DNA of 64,000 nt. Origin: Acidobacteriota bacterium. GTDB lineage: Bacteria; Acidobacteriota; Thermoanaerobaculia; Multivoradales; JAHZIX01. Position numbers and translations under genes: made by a program. The stretch lies in the NCBI GenBank assembly GCA_039191605.1, contig JBCCXL010000019.1:67102-131101 (forward strand), read 5' to 3'. Below, piece after piece: positions 8,430 through 16,741 of this stretch (within the stretch, counting starts at the first letter, position 1; the number at the start of each line of letters is the position of its first letter). The notes beneath the pieces were generated by a model. It was not told where the DNA came from and did not search any database. It saw only the letters and a program-made list of their open reading frames with translations.

Positions 8430-10853
8430 TCAGGGCTTCAGGTGATGATCGAAGAAGGCCGTCATCCGGCGCAGGAAGTGGGTCATCTCCGCCGCTGAGA
8501 AGCCGTGTTTTTGGTCTGGGTAGATGGCGTCGTCGAAATCCTTGCCGGCATCGATGAGCGCCTTGGACAGGGCGAAGGTGTTGTTCGGGTGAACGTTGTC
8601 ATCCGCCGTGCCGTGCACCAGGAAGAGGGCATCCTCCAGATTCGCGGCATGGGTAACGGGGGAGGAGAGGCGGTACCCCTCCGGATTGTCCTTAGGATGA
8701 TCCAGGTAGCGCTCGGTCCAGATCGTGTCGTAGAAGCGCCAGTTGGTCACCGGGGCCCCCGAGACGCCGGCGGCCCAGGTTCCGGGGCTATTGAACAGGC
8801 AGTACAGCGTGTTGCTGCCGCCACCGGACCATCCCCAGAGGCCGACTCGATCGGCATCGACGAAGGAGAGGGAGGCGAGGTAATCCACGCCGGCCTTCTG
8901 GGCCGCGAGGTTGACCGGCCCGAAGCGCCGGTGCAGGCGGTCCGCTCCGGTCTTGCCGAAGTAGTTGGAGGCCTCGTTGTCCACCACCAGCACGACGTAG
9001 CCCTGGCTAGCCATGTAGCGATGCCACAGACCGCGGCGACGGGTATCGGAGCGGTTGGAGACCACCTGGCTCTGGGGGCCGCCGTAGTGATACATGATCG
9101 CCGGTACCTTGGTGCTGCGGTCGAGGTTCGGCGGCAGCAGGCGCATCGCCGGAAGCTTTACGCCATCGGGGCCGGGGATGGTGAGGAACTCCCACTCCGG
9201 CAGTCCCTCCCCGTCGAAGCTCGCGGCTCGGCTCGGCAGCTCACCCACCGCATCGCCGTCGAGATTGCGCACGGTGAGACGCTCGCGACCGTTCACCTCG
9301 TTAGAGGAATGAAGCCAGAATTCGCTGCCGCCGCTGGCCTCGCCCTGATTCCATCCCTCCGCGGGGGATAGGCGACGCCCCTTGGAGCCATCGAAATAGG
9401 CCAGGTGCACCTGGCGATCCTTGGCGCCGAGGAAATCGTCGCCGTAGCGAGAGTAGAGAATCCAGCCCTCGCGCTCGTTCACCGCCACCAGCTTGTCCAC
9501 CGCCGCCTCTCCGTCGGAGAGCTGCCGCACCTGCTGACCGTTGGCGCCGTGGAGATAGATCTGGCGGGTGCCGGAGGCGTCGGAAGACCAGATCACCGAG
9601 CCATCGCGGAGGAAGCGGGTGTCCTTGGTGACGTTCACCCAGGTCTCGGAGCTCTCATCGATGAGCGGACGGCAAATCCCGTTGGTGGGCGAGCAGAGCT
9701 TCAGCTCGAGAACATCCTGCTCGTGATTCAGGCGCTCCACGGCGAGCTCGCCGGATTGGCTCCAATGCACTCGGGGCAGATACCAGCCCTCGGAATCCAC
9801 GTTCTTGAGCCACAACACCTTGTCTTCCGTCGCCGGGGTAGCTCCATCGGGCCCCTCTGTCGCCTCGCTGCCGAGGGTCAGAATACCGATGTTCACCTCG
9901 GGGTTCGTCGACCCAGCGGTGGGATATTTCTGCCATTCGACGATGGGATAGGGCTTGGAGTAATCCACCAGCGGATACTCGCCGACGCCGCTCTCGTCGA
10001 AGTGGTAGAAGGCGATGCGGCTGCCGTCGGGGCTCCACCAATAGCCGGTGGAGCTGCGGCCCCACAGCTCTTCCCAATACACCCAATCGGTAATGCCGTT
10101 GAGGAGTTTCGGCGGATCACCGTCGGTGGTCAGCGCCCGCTCCCTAGCCCGGCGCAGGTCGTAGAGGTAGAGGTTGCCGTCGCGCACGTAAGAGACGTGG
10201 CCGCCGTCCGGAGAGAATTTCGCATCGCTCTCTTCCTGACGGGTATTGGTCAGCGTCCGCAACTTCTTCAGCTTGACCTGGAAGAGCACCAGATCCCCGT
10301 TGATCTTGAGGATCATGCGGTTGTTGTCCTCGGCCCACACCATGTCCTGAATCGAGCCCAGCTGGCTCTCCCCCGCCGCCAGCAGCAGCCGAGACTCACC
10401 GCTCTCCGCCTCCCAGATCCACAGCGCGTCACCCTCGCCGTCGTCCCAGAGATACACCAGGCGCTGCCCATCCGGGCTCCACAAGGCATTCGACGCGACC
10501 TCCGCTTGGCGCTCCGCATCCAGCACCACATCGAAGCTCACGCCGCTCTCGCTGGCCATCGCCGACGGGGCGACGCCGACGCAGAGCAGAAGCAGCATCA
10601 ACATCGAGTAAGGCAACCAAGCACCGCGGAAGCGGCGAGAGGGCGCTCTCGAAGGGCAACGGACATCCTGGTGGGCGGGCTGGACAGCATCGGTCATCGC
10701 GGTCTCCTCCAGAGAGACGGGGAGGTTCGGGCCAAAGTCGTGGGTACGGCCCACGGATCGGGGCGGCGAAAGCATATCGTCTAGAAGCGAAACTCCCTCG
10801 CCTCGTCTATCGTAATCCGGGCTGTGGTGACCTCCTCGGGGCGCCTGAGACAT
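8430..10853 (-). CDS. S9 family serine peptidase, dipeptidyl-peptidase IV-like (beta-propeller + alpha/beta hydrolase)
   Basis: GWSGGG nucleophile elbow. VHGTADDNVHPNNT and PDQKHGF provide the catalytic Asp/His. DPP-IV N-terminal propeller region. Probable start at the internal Met 10697 (MTDAV...), which gives the signal peptide ...RRFRGAWLPYSMLMLLLLCVGVAPSAMA. Confidence 0.85.
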   Translation of the reverse strand: MSQAPRGGHHSPDYDRRGEGVSLLDDMLSPPRSVGRTHDFGPNLPVSLEETAMTDAVQPAHQDVRCPSRAPSRRFRGAWLPYSMLMLLLLCVGVAPSAMASESGVSFDVVLDAERQAEVASNALWSPDGQRLVYLWDDGEGDALWIWEAESGESRLLLAAGESQLGSIQDMVWAEDNNRMILKINGDLVLFQVKLKKLRTLTNTRQEESDAKFSPDGGHVSYVRDGNLYLYDLRRARERALTTDGDPPKLLNGITDWVYWEELWGRSSTGYWWSPDGSRIAFYHFDESGVGEYPLVDYSKPYPIVEWQKYPTAGSTNPEVNIGILTLGSEATEGPDGATPATEDKVLWLKNVDSEGWYLPRVHWSQSGELAVERLNHEQDVLELKLCSPTNGICRPLIDESSETWVNVTKDTRFLRDGSVIWSSDASGTRQIYLHGANGQQVRQLSDGEAAVDKLVAVNEREGWILYSRYGDDFLGAKDRQVHLAYFDGSKGRRLSPAEGWNQGEASGGSEFWLHSSNEVNGRERLTVRNLDGDAVGELPSRAASFDGEGLPEWEFLTIPGPDGVKLPAMRLLPPNLDRSTKVPAIMYHYGGPQSQVVSNRSDTRRRGLWHRYMASQGYVVLVVDNEASNYFGKTGADRLHRRFGPVNLAAQKAGVDYLASLSFVDADRVGLWGWSGGGSNTLYCLFNSPGTWAAGVSGAPVTNWRFYDTIWTERYLDHPKDNPEGYRLSSPVTHAANLEDALFLVHGTADDNVHPNNTFALSKALIDAGKDFDDAIYPDQKHGFSAAEMTHFLRRMTAFFDHHLKP

Positions 10854-10905
10854 CTATCGCCGAAGCAAAGAAGCGCGCAGAGCACCGGGGAAGCGAAAAT
10901 CTTCG

Positions 10906-12270
10906 TTGTCACCCTTCGCTTGTGTCGCCCCCGAGCCGACTCTGACCTCTTTGCCGAGGAGCCCAGCTATGCCCTCCCACCCCCACCATCTCTCCCCTCC
11001 CTCAGCGTCTCCGGCCTTGCCGGAAGCTCAGTCCAAACCCCGCCGACGGCACCAGCCCCACGGCATTGGCAAGCGATACGGCATTGGCAAGCGATACGGC
11101 ATTGGCAAGCGATACGGCCTGGCGGTGTTCGCGCTGCTGTGCTGCGGCAGCCTGCTTCTCGGCTGCGGCAGCGGGGTTTTCGATCTGGCGGCATCGGATC
11201 GGGTCGACACTACCCAGCGAGAGGTGGTCCAGAGGGTCGATAGCGGCGGCGAAGAAGTGGTGCGGATCCTCAATCTCGCCGGCAAGGTCACGGTACGCGG
11301 CGGCGGTCAAGCCCTGGAGATTCGCGCCACCGTACACGCCAATGCTGGAGATGCGGACAGCACCGAGGCGCTGCTGGATTCGATGGAGTGGACCGAAATG
11401 CGCGATTCGAAGAATCGGCTGGTGTGGGGCCTGAGCTATCCGGTCGATCAATACCAGCGCTTTCACTACAACCCGAAGAACACCTCCTACGGCATTTACC
11501 GCAGCAGCCTCGAGTACCAGGGTGAGGACATCGTCATCAGCAGCCGGAAGGGCAGGCATCCGACCCTCTATGCCGACCTCGAGGTGATCGTTCCCGCCGG
11601 CGGGCGGGTGAGCGTCACCAACCATCTCGGGGAGCTCAGCGCCCGGGACTACGAAGGGCAGCTGGCCCTCCACACCGGCTCCGGCGATCTGGTCGCCGAG
11701 CGCATCGACGGCCGCTTCTCCGCCCATACCGGCTCTGGCGACATCGAGGCCAGCAATCTGCGGGGCGAGCTGGAGGCCAGCACCGGCTCCGGCGACCTGG
11801 AGATTCGAGGCCTGGTGGGCAACGGCAACTTCGGCACCGGCTCCGGCAATCTACGGCTCTCGGAGCTGGCGATGGGCAAGCTGCGCGCCGATACCGGCTC
11901 CGGCGATGTACGCCTGATTACCGGAGAGGTGAGCCGATTGGAGGTCGATACCGGCTCCGGTGACGTCCAGATTCGAGACGTCAACACCCGGCAAATCCTC
12001 GCTGACACCGGCTCCGGCGATATTCGCATCACCACCCGGCTGGCCGAGACTCAAACCATTCGAGGGGGCACCGGCTCCGGCGACCTGGAGATTTTCGCCG
12101 AGGCGGAGGCCGCCTTCGAAGCGCGCTGCGACGATCTCGACCTGGGCTATCGCGACGCTGAGTTGACGCTGCAGGGAGACTCCATCGTCAAGGCGACGCG
12201 AGGCACAGACGGAACCCGAATCGAGCTCAGCACTGGATCCGGCCACTGTCGACTAGCTCCCGCTGGCTGA
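10906..12270 (+). CDS. DUF4097 ('toastrack') repeat lipoprotein, putative adhesin/stress-associated
   Basis: About 10 repeats of the (T)GSGD(L/I/V)x motif typical of DUF4097. Lipobox LLLGC after an n-region rich in K/R. 10906 is TTG and the first ATG is 10969. The real start may be immediately 5' of the lipobox (GTG 11125 or within the repeat). Confidence 0.75.
   Translation: MSPFACVAPEPTLTSLPRSPAMPSHPHHLSPPSASPALPEAQSKPRRRHQPHGIGKRYGIGKRYGIGKRYGLAVFALLCCGSLLLGCGSGVFDLAASDRVDTTQREVVQRVDSGGEEVVRILNLAGKVTVRGGGQALEIRATVHANAGDADSTEALLDSMEWTEMRDSKNRLVWGLSYPVDQYQRFHYNPKNTSYGIYRSSLEYQGEDIVISSRKGRHPTLYADLEVIVPAGGRVSVTNHLGELSARDYEGQLALHTGSGDLVAERIDGRFSAHTGSGDIEASNLRGELEASTGSGDLEIRGLVGNGNFGTGSGNLRLSELAMGKLRADTGSGDVRLITGEVSRLEVDTGSGDVQIRDVNTRQILADTGSGDIRITTRLAETQTIRGGTGSGDLEIFAEAEAAFEARCDDLDLGYRDAELTLQGDSIVKATRGTDGTRIELSTGSGHCRLAPAG
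11062..11115 (+). repeat. perfect 18-bp tandem repeat x3 (ggcattggcaagcgatac) immediately 5' of the lipoprotein signal peptide of the DUF4097 gene
   Basis: Exact repeat. It encodes GIGKRY x3 in the gene frame. Confidence 0.85.
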
Positions 12271-12382
12271 GGGCAGATCCTCAGGGCCCACCGGCTGCAC
12301 CCGCACGGAAGGGACCCCGCCTCTCCTGTATCCCCTCAGCTCTAGAGATCTAGGGATCTTCGACTCTCGAAATCCCGGAACC

Positions 12383-13321
12383 TCAGGGGATCCCCAAGCG
12401 CTTGCGCTTGGCCCATAGCGCCTTGCGGCTGATGCCCAACACCTCCGCCGCCCGCCCCTGATGCCCGCGGGTATAGGCCAGGGTGCGGAGTATGTGCTGC
12501 CGCTCCACCTCTTCGAGAGTCTGCGGAGCCGCCTCTCCGGTGGCCGCCGGGGGGCTGGGGTCGAGCCGGTCTCCACCGCTCAGCACCACCGCCCTCTCGA
12601 GGACGTTCCGCACCTGCCGCAAATTGCCGGGCCAAGGGTGGCGCAGCATCCAGCGCTGGGCTCCGGAGCTCAGCCGCAGGTCGCCGCGACCGTAGCGGTC
12701 GCCGAGATCCTCCAGCAGCGCATCCAGCAGGAAGGGCAGATCCTGCCTACGCTGCACCAAGGGCGGCAGGTGAATCACCATCACCGCTAGGCGATAGAAG
12801 AGATCTTGGCGAAAGCTGCCGGCGGCGCAGCGCTGCGGCAGATCGCTGCTGCCCGCCGCCAAGAAGCGTACGTCCGCCCGCCGCTCCTCTCCGCCGAGGG
12901 GAGCGTAGCGGTGCTCCGAGAGCAGCCGCAGCAGCTTCGGCTGTGCCGAGAGGGAGAGGGATTCCACCGGATCCAGCAGCAGAGAGCCCCCTTGGGCCCG
13001 CTGCACCCGTCCCGGATGGGCGCGCTCCGCTCCGGTGAAGGCACCGGCGGCGTGCCCGAAGAGATCACTCTCCAGCAGGGTCGCCGGCACGCTGCCGGGA
13101 TCCAGCTCCACCAGCGCCGCAGAGCGCCGAGGAGAAGCCTGATGGATCGCCCGGGCAAGAGTGGTTCGTCCACTGCCGGAAGGACCGAGAATCAATACCG
13201 GAGCCTCCGTCCGGGCGGCCCGGGCGGCGGTGCGCAGAGTGTCTTCGAGACTCGGAGAGGCGGCGAGCAGACGGGCCAAGGGGCCAGCCTCGGGCGCCTC
13301 CAAGACATTCTCCGTGATCAA
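12383..13321 (-). CDS. sigma-54-dependent transcriptional activator, PspF-like (AAA+ sigma-54 interaction domain + Fis-type HTH, no N-terminal sensor/receiver domain); Walker motifs degenerate
   Basis: GAFTGA loop present (GHAAGAFTGA). C-terminal HTH QGRAAEVLGISRKALWAKRKRL. Walker A GPSGSGRTT has R in place of K. Walker B LLLDPV has P in place of E. TTG start lies 13 nt after the rsfS stop. Confidence 0.8.
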   Translation of the reverse strand: MITENVLEAPEAGPLARLLAASPSLEDTLRTAARAARTEAPVLILGPSGSGRTTLARAIHQASPRRSAALVELDPGSVPATLLESDLFGHAAGAFTGAERAHPGRVQRAQGGSLLLDPVESLSLSAQPKLLRLLSEHRYAPLGGEERRADVRFLAAGSSDLPQRCAAGSFRQDLFYRLAVMVIHLPPLVQRRQDLPFLLDALLEDLGDRYGRGDLRLSSGAQRWMLRHPWPGNLRQVRNVLERAVVLSGGDRLDPSPPAATGEAAPQTLEEVERQHILRTLAYTRGHQGRAAEVLGISRKALWAKRKRLGIP

Positions 13322-13334
13322 CAGGGCTCCGCGG

Positions 13335-13742
13335 TCAGGAGGGCTCCGGCGGCGTGAACTTCGAGGTGACGTCGGGAGCGTCAGACCACAGACGCTCCAG
13401 CGCGTACACGTCCCGCACGTCGTGATGGAAGATGTGCACGACGAAGTCGCCGTAATCCATCAACACCCATTGCGCGGTGCGCTCCCCCTCGACGTGGAGA
13501 GGGCGAACCTTGTGCTCTCGCAGCGTTCGCTGCACGTGATCCGCGATGGCCTGCACCTGGCGCTGGTTCATGCCGGAGCACACCAGGAAGTAGTCAGTGA
13601 AATCGGTCACCGGCTCCAGGTGCAGCAGCTGCAGCTCCACGGCTTTGCGATCCAGCGCGGCGTGCACCGCGTGACGCACCCAGCCGGCGATATCCGGGCC
13701 GGCTTCGACGGTCGATTCGGTTGGAGCTTCGGTACTGGTCAT
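13335..13742 (-). CDS. rsfS: ribosomal silencing factor RsfS (Iojap)
   Basis: DYFLVCSGMNQRQVQAIADHV...WVLMDYGDFVVHIF, typical of the RsfS/Iojap family. Position downstream of nadD matches the usual arrangement. Confidence 0.85.
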   Translation of the reverse strand: MTSTEAPTESTVEAGPDIAGWVRHAVHAALDRKAVELQLLHLEPVTDFTDYFLVCSGMNQRQVQAIADHVQRTLREHKVRPLHVEGERTAQWVLMDYGDFVVHIFHHDVRDVYALERLWSDAPDVTSKFTPPEPS

Positions 13743-14380
13743 AGGCCTTCGGTAGGGGCGGTCTTCCCGCCGTAGAGATCATACTTCCTGATGTAGGTCT
13801 CGACCAAACCCGGGAGCCAGTCCCGGGGAATCTCCTGCCCTTGGGCGAAGCGGTCGCGAATCGAGGAGGACGAGATCGGGAGAGGTTCGTTCTCCACCCA
13901 TTCCACCCGTCCCCGGTGCAGCATATCCAATAGCTCGGGGTGGTCGGTGGCGCTCTCCAGCCGGTATCCCGGCCGCACCATCACCGCTAGGCGGACAAGG
14001 CGAGAATACTGCCGCCACCGATACCAGCGAGGCAGCGACAGAAAGCTGTCGGCCCCGAGGAGCAGATAGAGCTCGTCGTCGGGATAGAGGCGGCGGAAAT
14101 GCTCAAGGGAGTGAATGGTGTAGGCCGCCCCCTGCCCCTGAAGCTCGTAATCATCGACCCGGCATCGCGCTTGATCGAGCACCGCGAGCTCCACCATGGC
14201 GTAACGCGCCCACGCCGGAGCGTAGCGGGCTCCCGGCTTGTGGGGAGGACGAGCGGTCGGCAGATAGATCACTTCATCCAGCTTCAGCTGGTCGGCAACC
14301 CGCAGCGCTGGATCCAGATGGCCGCGATGGATGGGATCGAAGGTCCCCCCGAAGAGGGCGATTCGACGCGGCGCGCTCAT
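13739..14380 (-). CDS. nadD: nicotinate-nucleotide adenylyltransferase
   Basis: N-terminal RIALFGGTFDPIHRGHL (the (H/T)xGH nucleotidyltransferase motif). 4-bp overlap with rsfS and with obg. Confidence 0.85.
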   Translation of the reverse strand: MSAPRRIALFGGTFDPIHRGHLDPALRVADQLKLDEVIYLPTARPPHKPGARYAPAWARYAMVELAVLDQARCRVDDYELQGQGAAYTIHSLEHFRRLYPDDELYLLLGADSFLSLPRWYRWRQYSRLVRLAVMVRPGYRLESATDHPELLDMLHRGRVEWVENEPLPISSSSIRDRFAQGQEIPRDWLPGLVETYIRKYDLYGGKTAPTEGL

Positions 14381-15555
14381 GGCGTCGGCGGCTCCTCGGA
14401 GCTCCCGCCGGCGGCATCGACAGCAACCTCGGCGGCCTCTTCGGAGTCGGAGCCGAGAGCGCCGTCCCCGTCGGAGTCGGAGTCCAAATCGGAGGCCGCC
14501 TCGATCTCCTCACTGCTCCTGGAAGCGAAGGATTCGGTCATCACCTCCACCTCCGGTGCTTCGTCCAGCAGTCCACCAACCCGATACTTCAGCTCGTTGA
14601 GCCCCTGCCGGGTCGCCGCCGAGATCTCCACGTACTCCAGCCCCCGAACCTCCGCCGCCGCCCGCAGCACTTCTCGCCGGTCCTCCAGGGCGGAGTCCAG
14701 CTTCGATCCCACCAGCAGTCGGGGACGCTCCAGAAGGTCCGGGTTGTAGGTAGCCAGCTCGTCCTCGATGACCTCCAGGTCCTCCAGGGCGTCGCCTCCT
14801 TCCAGCGGGGCCAGGTCCACCAGATGGACCAGCACTCGGCAGCGCTCCGTGTGGCGCAGGAAGCGAATCCCGAGGCCGGCCCCGAGAGCCGCGCCCTCGA
14901 TCAATCCAGGAAGGTCCGCCATCACCATCGGCTCTTCAAGGGGGCCTCGATCCACCACTCCCAACTGGGGGTGGAGAGTCGTGAAGGGGTAATCCGCCAC
15001 CTTGGGCCGAGCGGCCGAAAGGGCGCTCACCAAAGTGGATTTCCCGGCGTTGGGCAGGCCCACAACGCCGATATCCGCCAGTAGCTTGAGCTCCAGGCGA
15101 ATGGTTTTCTCCTCACCGGGCCAGCCGGGCTCCCAGCGTCGCGGGGCGCGATTGGTGGCGGACGAAAAGCGGGCGTTGCCGCGGCCGCCATCGCCCCCCG
15201 CCGCCACCACCAGGCGCTCCCCGTGCTCCAGAACCTCGCCCAGCAGCTCACCGCTGTCGTGATCGTAGGCCTGGGTGCCCAGGGGGACCGAAAGCTCGAG
15301 GTGCTGCCCGCGGCGACCGGTGCGGTTGGAGCCCTCTCCGTGAACCCCGCGGCCAGCGCGATAGGCCCCCGGTACCCGCAGGTGGTAGAGGGTATTTCGG
15401 TTGCTATCCCCCACCAACACCACGGAGCCACCCTTCCCCCCATCTCCACCGGAAGGCCCCCCTCGGGGAACAAACTTTTCCCGCCGAAACGCCATACACC
15501 CGTTGCCGCCATCTCCGGCAACAACGGGAAATACCGCTTCGTCGATGAAATTCAC
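14377..15555 (-). CDS. obg: GTPase Obg/CgtA
   Basis: Glycine-rich Obg fold at the N terminus (MNFIDEAVFPVVAGDGGNGCMAFRREKFVPRGGPSGGDGG). G1-G4 GTPase motifs (GLPNAGKST, DLPG). Acidic C-terminal tail. Confidence 0.9.
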   Translation of the reverse strand: MNFIDEAVFPVVAGDGGNGCMAFRREKFVPRGGPSGGDGGKGGSVVLVGDSNRNTLYHLRVPGAYRAGRGVHGEGSNRTGRRGQHLELSVPLGTQAYDHDSGELLGEVLEHGERLVVAAGGDGGRGNARFSSATNRAPRRWEPGWPGEEKTIRLELKLLADIGVVGLPNAGKSTLVSALSAARPKVADYPFTTLHPQLGVVDRGPLEEPMVMADLPGLIEGAALGAGLGIRFLRHTERCRVLVHLVDLAPLEGGDALEDLEVIEDELATYNPDLLERPRLLVGSKLDSALEDRREVLRAAAEVRGLEYVEISAATRQGLNELKYRVGGLLDEAPEVEVMTESFASRSSEEIEAASDLDSDSDGDGALGSDSEEAAEVAVDAAGGSSEEPPTP

Positions 15556-15611
15556 GCCGTGAGCCGAACCGACGCCGTCAGCGGCTCTTCAGCCAGGCTG
15601 CCGGCGGGCGC

Positions 15612-15869
15612 TTACTCGCCGCTGTTGACGTGGACGAACTTGCCCTTGCGGCCACGATCCTGAAACTGGACCACGCCGTCCGCGAGGGCAAAGAGAGTGT
15701 CGTCCTTACCTCGGCCGACGTTGCGTCCGGGGCTGAAGCGAGTGCCTCGCTGGCGCACGATGATGGTGCCGCCGCTCACTCGCTCGCCGCCGAAGCGCTT
15801 AACCCCCAGGTGCTGGGGATTGGAGTCGCGGCCATTGCGACTGGAGCCCTGTCCTTTTTTATGAGCCAT
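15612..15869 (-). CDS. rpmA: 50S ribosomal protein L27
   Basis: [28 protein letters not shown]... is a near-canonical L27. Confidence 0.95.
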   Translation of the reverse strand: MAHKKGQGSSRNGRDSNPQHLGVKRFGGERVSGGTIIVRQRGTRFSPGRNVGRGKDDTLFALADGVVQFQDRGRKGKFVHVNSGE

Positions 15870-15964
15870 GGGATCTGTCCCTCTGCTGGGGAGCCAGATC
15901 GAGAGCGGAATCGTGCGGTGCCGAGAGACTCGCTCTCACCCGCTCACCATCCGAACAGCCTCGA

Positions 15965-16282
15965 TCAGGCAGAAATCTCTTGAATGCGAACCCGGTGGTA
16001 ATTCTGACGATGACCACGGGTACGACGATACTGCTTACGGCGCTTGAACTTGAAGACTCGGATCTTCGTGCCGCGGACCTGGGATACCAGCTCGCCGCTG
16101 ACCTGCGCCCCCTCTACCAAAGGGGTGCCGACCTTCACGTCATCTTCGCTGCCGACCAGCAGAACTCGATCAAAGGCGATGGAGTCGCCCTTCTCGCCGG
16201 TGTCTTCGAGAAGCTCGACATCGATGATGTCACCGGGCTGAACGCGGTACTGCTTACCGCCGGTTTCGATTACAGCGTACAT
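15965..16282 (-). CDS. rplU: 50S ribosomal protein L21
   Basis: MYAVIETGGKQYRVQPGDIIDVE... is a canonical L21 N terminus. Confidence 0.95.
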   Translation of the reverse strand: MYAVIETGGKQYRVQPGDIIDVELLEDTGEKGDSIAFDRVLLVGSEDDVKVGTPLVEGAQVSGELVSQVRGTKIRVFKFKRRKQYRRTRGHRQNYHRVRIQEISA

Positions 16283-16506
16283 TGCTTACTCCTAGAAATC
16301 TGACCACGCGTGAACGTGGAGGCGGGACCTTACCACGACGCACCTTTAGCGTCAATCTACGACCGCTTCCCTCACCCCGTCCCCGATCGAACCAGTCCCA
16401 CGCCATTCTACTCTTGCTCTCAGACTGGATTATGCTTGAAGCAGCCTACCAATTCTTCGAGCCTCTCCCCCCTCCGAGGCGATCTGTCCCAAGGAGAGTC
16501 AACATC

Positions 16507-16677
16507 ATGGCGACGGCCCCAGAGTTCCTCATCTGCATCGAGTGCGAGACACCCTGCTACACCTTCGAGTGGCAGAGCGATCAGATTACGGAGATTCAAT
16601 GCCTCGCCTGCGGCAACGATGATCCGGAGCAATTCCTGCTCCAGGACGAGATGGACGCCCTCTCTGGCGGCCACTAA
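16507..16677 (+). CDS. small zinc-ribbon protein (56 aa, CxxC...CxxC)
   Basis: ATG at 16507 preceded by ggagag. MATAPEFLICIECETPCYTFEWQSDQITEIQCLACGNDD... The long 16282 ORF form has no plausible N-terminal region and is rejected. Confidence 0.45.
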   Translation: MATAPEFLICIECETPCYTFEWQSDQITEIQCLACGNDDPEQFLLQDEMDALSGGH

Positions 16678-16741
16678 CCGGTCGACTCCCTGAACCTTAC
16701 GGCTACCGGGCCCCGCTGAGCCGACGTCCCGGCTCCCGACC

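Noticed and set aside
16282-16677. 131-aa form of the ORF divergent from rplU.
   Set aside because: The N-terminal 75 codons are Pro/Arg-rich with no RBS. The internal ATG at 16507, preceded by ggagag, gives a compact CxxC zinc-ribbon protein.
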